From Eledone cirrhosa (Eukaryota), in NCBI GenBank assembly GCA_964016885.1, contig OZ024751.1:22940001-23004000 (forward strand): a stretch of 64,000 nt of DNA, given 5' to 3'. Position 1 is the stretch's first letter; each line of letters begins with the position of its first letter. Positions 57,934 through 64,000 of this stretch are shown piece after piece. The notes under the pieces are model-generated. The model ran no database searches and was not told the origin of the DNA. It worked only from the letters and a program-made list of their open reading frames with translations. The position numbers and the translations under genes are program-made.

Positions 57934-58129
57934 ACATGAATTTATCTTAGTCAAAACAAAAAGTTTTTAAAAAATGAAAGCATGAGATAAAAGAGACTAA
58001 GTGTAGCAATAGAAGAATATTATTGACACAATATCGCGATATTCTATAATGGAGATGATGTATGGAGAATACTAAATAACCACAAACATGACGAAGTCGA
58101 TGACAACAGCAACAACACCAACACCAATG

Positions 58130-58745
58130 AAAGCAACCAGCAATAACTTTAATAAGAATATCAACATCAGCAGCAAAAACAACTACAGCAACAATAATAA
58201 CTACAGCAACAATAACAGCAGCAACAACAACAACAACAACAGCAACAATAACAGCAACAACAACTACAGCAACAGTAATAACTACACCAACAATAACAAC
58301 AACAACAACAACAACAATAACTACAAGAAGAATAACGACAGCAACAATAACAGCAATAACAACAGCAGCAGCGACAACAGCAGCAAAAACAGCAACAACA
58401 ACATCGTCAACAACAACATCAACAACAACATTATCAACAACAACAACAATAACAACATCGTCAACAGCAACAACAACAACAACAAGACTATCATCATCAT
58501 CAACAACAACGCCAACATCATCAACAACAACCACAACAACCACAACAACAGCAACAAGACCAACATCATCAATAACAACAACGCCAACATCAACAACAAC
58601 AACAACAACGCCAACAACAACAACAACAGCAGCAACAATAACTACAAGAAGAATAACGACAGCAACAATAACAGCAACAACAACAGCAACAACAACAACG
58701 CACACATCGACAACAACAACAGCAACAACAACAACGGCAACAATC
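58130..58745. repeat. (AAC)/(AGC) compound microsatellite
   Basis: Direct reading. Confidence 0.95.
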
Positions 58746-58878
58746 AACTGTTGTACACCAAGCAGAAAAAGATGAAACGGGTTTAATAACCGAGCTTGAC
58801 ATGCGTTGATAGCTTGGCATAAACAACACGAGTTAATATGCCATGTATGTGTGTATGATCGTATGTATGAACTTATTT

Positions 58879-58919
<41 letters not shown>

Positions 58920-58950
58920 ATTTATACATATATACATATACACATATATA

Positions 58951-59034
58951 TATTAGGTCGTCAAGTATGAAATGTGTAGACCTGTGTTTATTTTTCTACA
59001 AACTTCTACAAATTCCATACTTGACGACCCTATA
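58951..59034. mobile_element. Mini-MITE M2
   Basis: TATTAGGTCGTCAAGTATGAAAT / ATTCCATACTTGACGACCCTATA. Confidence 0.75.
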
Positions 59035-59628
59035 TATATTTATATATACGCGCAATATATATATATATATATATATATGCGCAATATATATATATATATA
59101 TATATATATATTGCGCATGTATATGTGTGTTTATGCATGTGATTGATCGCCTAATATCACGTACACCAAGTACTCCAGTATATAAATTCGCATAGAATGA
59201 AGAAGAAAAGATCTCCCACATTGAAAGGAAAGAGAACTTATGTTAGCGTTTGGTATTTTGGAGTGAATTTACTCACATTTATTTTCATTTATATTTCAAA
59301 GACTTTTCTACTAAGCTTCCATATTCCAAACATCTCGACAGCCGCCATATTAATCTAGCTTCACATTCTTACGTTTCATTGGCTGCTACGTGTGTGACGT
59401 AACTAGTACGATTTCTAGGGGTGGGGTGAAGTGGAGTAGGTTGGGGGGTTGTTTTTTAATTAATTGTATGATTCTTTCTTCTGGTTTTCAGTCTGTGTGA
59501 TGAAATATGTGACTGGCAAATAAAATGGAATGGACCGGACCTCCGTCGGTTTCGACGTTGAGTGTTCGAGTTTTTTCGATCAACGAAACAGTGTGCGTGG
59601 ATTGTTAGATGTTCCATTTGATGGCTGC

Positions 59629-59670
<42 letters not shown>

Positions 59671-59676
59671 GCAGCC

Positions 59677-59706
<30 letters not shown>

Positions 59707-59710
<4 letters not shown>

Positions 59711-59825
59711 TGTTATACTTTGGGAGGGTCATCTTGCCAATAAGACCCTCCAAAAGTATAACAATATCGGTTTCAACACACGATTTCAGATAAAGAATCT
59801 TGCTAAACAAATTCAGAAACGAAAT
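59707..59825 (+). mobile_element. Short fold-back insert in (TA)n
   Basis: 24 bp arms 59707-59730 / 59744-59767 plus unique tail. Confidence 0.55.
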
Positions 59826-59941
59826 ATATTTATATATATATAGGAAAAGAGTCATGACCCGACGGCTGAGCTCCGGCCGTTTCGACAGCTAGATCCAAAC
59901 ATACATACACACACACATTATATGTATATATATATATGCCA

Positions 59942-60292
59942 AACAGTGTATATAACCTTGTAACTCAATGTATAACAGTGTATATAACCTTGTAACTCAA
60001 TGTATAACCGTGTATATAACCTTGTAACTCAATGTATAACAGTGTATAACCTTGTAACTCAATGTATAACCGTGTATATAACCTTGTAACTCAATGTATA
60101 ACAGTGTATAACCTTGTAACTCAATGTATAACCGTGTATATAACCTTGTAAGTCAATGTATAACAGTGTATAACCTTGTAACTCAATGTATAACCGTGTA
60201 TATAACCTTGTAAGTCAATGTATAACAGTGTATAACCTTGTAACTCAATGTATAACCGTGTATATAAGCTTGTAAGTCAATGTATAACCGTG
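59942..60292. repeat. Minisatellite, 11 units of 30/32 bp
   Basis: AAC(A/C)GTGTA(TA)TAACCTTGTAA(C/G)TCAATGTAT, head-to-tail. Confidence 0.95.
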
Positions 60293-60786
60293 TGTATGAC
60301 TATCATTACTTTAACACTCAGCCAGATGCCGGATAAAATGACATTAGACAGATGTTGCATAGAAGAAATAATTAAGCCATCCTCTGAGAAAAAAAAGAGG
60401 ACAAAAAGAAGAAAAAACAAGAAAAACGTGTGATTTGTTACGGAAATTATTTTAATGAAGATTTGTAACTATGACAACCAAGCTGGCAGAGAGAATTGGC
60501 TCACAAGACATTGTATTGAACTGTGGACAAAGAATCAATAAACACAATCCTTGGTTCACATTTAATTTTGATGAAAAAAAAAAATACAAAACGACAAATA
60601 GAGAAAGAAAAACAAAGAATGGTGGAACTTTAAATGGATGTTCAAATCGTGACTTACGAATGCAATCAAGAATTCAAAACAAAAGAGAAAATAACAGAAA
60701 AAGACTGAAAAGCATTTTATCAGATGTTTTATTATTAAAATTATTGGAATTTTCATAATTAGCTTGTATTAATTATCACAGTTTTA

Positions 60787-60980
60787 GGGCGGTGGATTGG
60801 CAGTATCGGTAGAGGGTCGGACGCTATGCTTTGACGCATAGAGTTACGGCCCTTGTCATTCTGAGTTCGAATCCCGCCGAGGTTAACTTTGCCTTTCATC
60901 CTTATGGGGTCGATAAAATAAAACACCAGTAATACACTGGGGTAATTGCTGGCCTTGTGCCAAAAAGTAGAAACAATTAA
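60787..60980 (+). mobile_element. SINE A, full length
   Basis: GGGCGGTGGATTGGCAGTATCGGTAG...GAGTTCGAATCCC...AGAAACAATTA. Confidence 0.9.
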
Positions 60981-61110
60981 TTATCACAGTGGTGGTGGAT
61001 TGGAATATCGGTAGAGCGTCAGACACTATGCTTTGCAGCATAGAGTTATGGCCCAGCATAAAGTTATGGGCTGGTACTTTATTTCATAAATCCCCGAAAG
61101 AGTGAAAGGT

Positions 61111-62087
61111 AACAACAACAGCAGCAACATCATCATCATTATCAGCAACAACACCACCAACACCAATAACAGCAACATCAATAACAGCAACAACACCAAT
61201 AACAGCAACATCAATAACAGCAGCAACACCAATAACAGCAACAACAACAGCAACAACACCAATAACAGCAACAACAATAACAACAACACCAATAACAGCA
61301 ACAACACCACAAATAACAGCAACAACAATAGCAACAACACCAATAACAACAACACAAATAACAGCAACAACAATAACAGCAACAACAATAGCAACAACAC
61401 CAATAACAGCAACAACACCGCAAATAACAGCAACAACACCAATAACAGCAACAACAATAGCAACAACACCAATAACAGCAACAACAACACCAATAACAGC
61501 AACAACAATAGCAACAACACCAATAACAGCAACAACAATAGCAACAACACCAATAACAGCAACAACAACACCAATAACAGCAACAACAATAGCAACAACA
61601 CCAATAACAGCAACAACACCAATAACAGCAACAACAATAGCAATAACAAAACCATCAACACCAATAACAGCAACACCAATAACAGCAACACCAATAACAG
61701 CAACACCAATAACAACAACAACAATAACAACAACACCAATAACAGCAACAACAATAGCAACAACACCAATAACAGCAACAACACCAATAACAGCAACAAC
61801 AATAGCAATAACAAAACCATCAACACCAATAACAGCAACACCAATAACAGCAACACCAATAACAGCAACACCAATAACAGCAACACCAATAACAACAACA
61901 ACAATAACAACAACACCAATAACAGCAACAACAATAGCAACAACACCAATAATAGCAACAACAACACCAATAACATCAACACCAATAACAGCAACACCAA
62001 TAACATCAACACCAATAACAGCAACACCAATAACAGCAACAACAATAGCAACAACACCAATAACAGCAACAACAATAGCAACACCCA
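61111..62087. repeat. AAC-derived compound minisatellite (CACCAATAACAGCAACAA variants)
   Basis: Direct reading. Confidence 0.95.
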
Positions 62088-62219
62088 ATGGTTGTATACC
62101 GCACAGGATTAGAACTCAGACATGAGAGACACTTAACAAATACTGCAAAGCATTTTGACCAACGCACAATGTGATAAAACGGCGATAACGACGACATGTT
62201 TCCACAACCGCCATTATTA

Positions 62220-62385
62220 GGGTCTGACGCCATGCTTTGCAGCAAGAGTTACGCCCCTTTATGGTTTGAGTTCAAATCCCGCCGAGGTTAACTTTGCCTT
62301 TCATCCTTACGGGGTCGATAAAATAAAGTACCAGTAATGCACTGGATAATTGCTGGCCTTGTGCCAAAAGTAGAAACAATTATTG
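62220..62385 (+). mobile_element. SINE A, 5'-truncated
   Basis: Core and tail present. Confidence 0.85.
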
Positions 62386-63006
62386 TGGTAAATGTATTGA
62401 CATTATACAAGATCGCACCCTGGTGTGCAGAATTAGAACTATTATCGTAAGACCTTTCTATTAAATAACAACATTTAGAATTGAGTAATTTAAACATTGC
62501 AACAGTTGGTAATCATATAAAAATATGATACAACACCACACATACACACATAAACACACATAAACACACATAAACACACACACACAATTACACAAACCAA
62601 AGATTAAATGAAACAATTGCAGTTAATATGCTGTTGGTGATGTTGAAGTTGGTGTTAATGGTGAAGCTGGTTTTGTTGTCGATTTGGTAGGGGGGGGGTG
62701 ATTGTTGGTTCAGTTGTTGTTGGCGTTGGTCTTATTGTTGTCTCTATCATGAAAACAAAGCCCAGGTTGGTGATGTTAATGGTGCTGCTGGTTTTGTTGT
62801 TGCCATTGTGGGCGATTTGGGGGGATGGGAGGTGATTGCTAACATTGATGTTGTTATTGTTGTTGTCTGTTTATCTTTAACACAAAGCCCAATGATTTTT
62901 GCTTATTAAAAGAATATTTTCTAGAAAATTCTGTGGCAGCTTCTTTTAATTCAATGGAAATTCACATGATAACCGTCATTTTATGGATGTTTGTGTTCGT
63001 GTGTGT

Positions 63007-63087
<81 letters not shown>

Positions 63088-63160
63088 CACACATAAATCA
63101 TATATACATTTACATACACACAAATAAATACACACACATATATTTTATATATATATACAC

Positions 63161-63236
<76 letters not shown>

Positions 63237-63787
63237 TGATGTTGTTACTTGTAGTTATTGCTGTCATTCTTGATGTTCAACTTTAAAAAAAAAAAAGACG
63301 CCATTTTTGAGAATCATATTTTCGCTTTGCTTTCGTTATCATTATTGTTATTTTTCATTTCTTTACTATTTATTTATTTATATAATTATTTATCTATTTT
63401 TTGTATTTATTTAACGTTTTGATCGACAACAATTGAAGACATTTCGGCATCGATCACGTCATAGTGTGTTCAATATTGTAGTGTTTTTTTTTATTTCATA
63501 TTTTCTTGGACAGACGAAGAAATAAGCGATAAATAACGAAAGCAGTTTCCTTTCTTCTTTAACATTGTTAGATCTTCTTCGTATTTAGAGACAGAGAACA
63601 TGAAACGAACAAAACAAAATTAAATATTAAATATGTTTAGATATACACACATACATAAACGCATCACACATACACACACACACTCTCTCTCTCTGTACAT
63701 ATATATATATATATATACATGCATAAACACGTACATATATATATGTGTGTGTGTATACACATATATATATATATATGCATACATGCT

Positions 63788-63874
<87 letters not shown>

Positions 63875-64000
63875 CAACATGACTTATTTGACATTTGCTT
63901 CTAGCCACCATGAGATTTGGCAACTTCCGTTTTGTTCCGTTTTGGAAAGTTAAAAGAAGAGAATAAGAAGAATTGATGGGAAGAGGGATGGGATGTGGAT

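Noticed and set aside
59942-60292. CRISPR-like array of 30-32 bp repeats
   Set aside because: Units are head-to-tail with no unique spacers, no cas genes, eukaryotic context
60787-60880. tRNA gene
   Set aside because: A/B boxes belong to the SINE A head; no acceptor stem and it continues into the SINE body

Overview
AT-rich eukaryotic non-coding DNA, probably intronic or intergenic, with no host exon I can support. The extreme (TA)/(TG)/(GA)/trinucleotide microsatellite load and the SINE families resemble an Octopus/coleoid cephalopod genome; that is my inference from recalled repeats and is not verified. Almost all ORFs in the track are microsatellite artefacts. Real content: many tRNA-derived SINEs, mariner/pogo/piggyBac-type MITEs, a Helitron-like relic, and decayed fragments of RTE, CRE-like and Penelope-like (GIY-YIG) retroelements. 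The main signal is a set of short (about 110-490 bp) inserts sitting inside (TA)n tracts, from several otherwise unrelated sequence families. They share (i) type I hammerhead ribozyme motifs, (ii) a fold-back layout of short inverted arm plus long arm with a 3' tail, often centred at or near the hammerhead, and (iii) a common TYGAGTRCT-like motif about 35-75 nt from the 3' end. They are best read as footprints of microsatellite-targeting Penelope-like elements or retrozyme-like derivatives. All alignments and folds were done by eye; boundaries are approximate.
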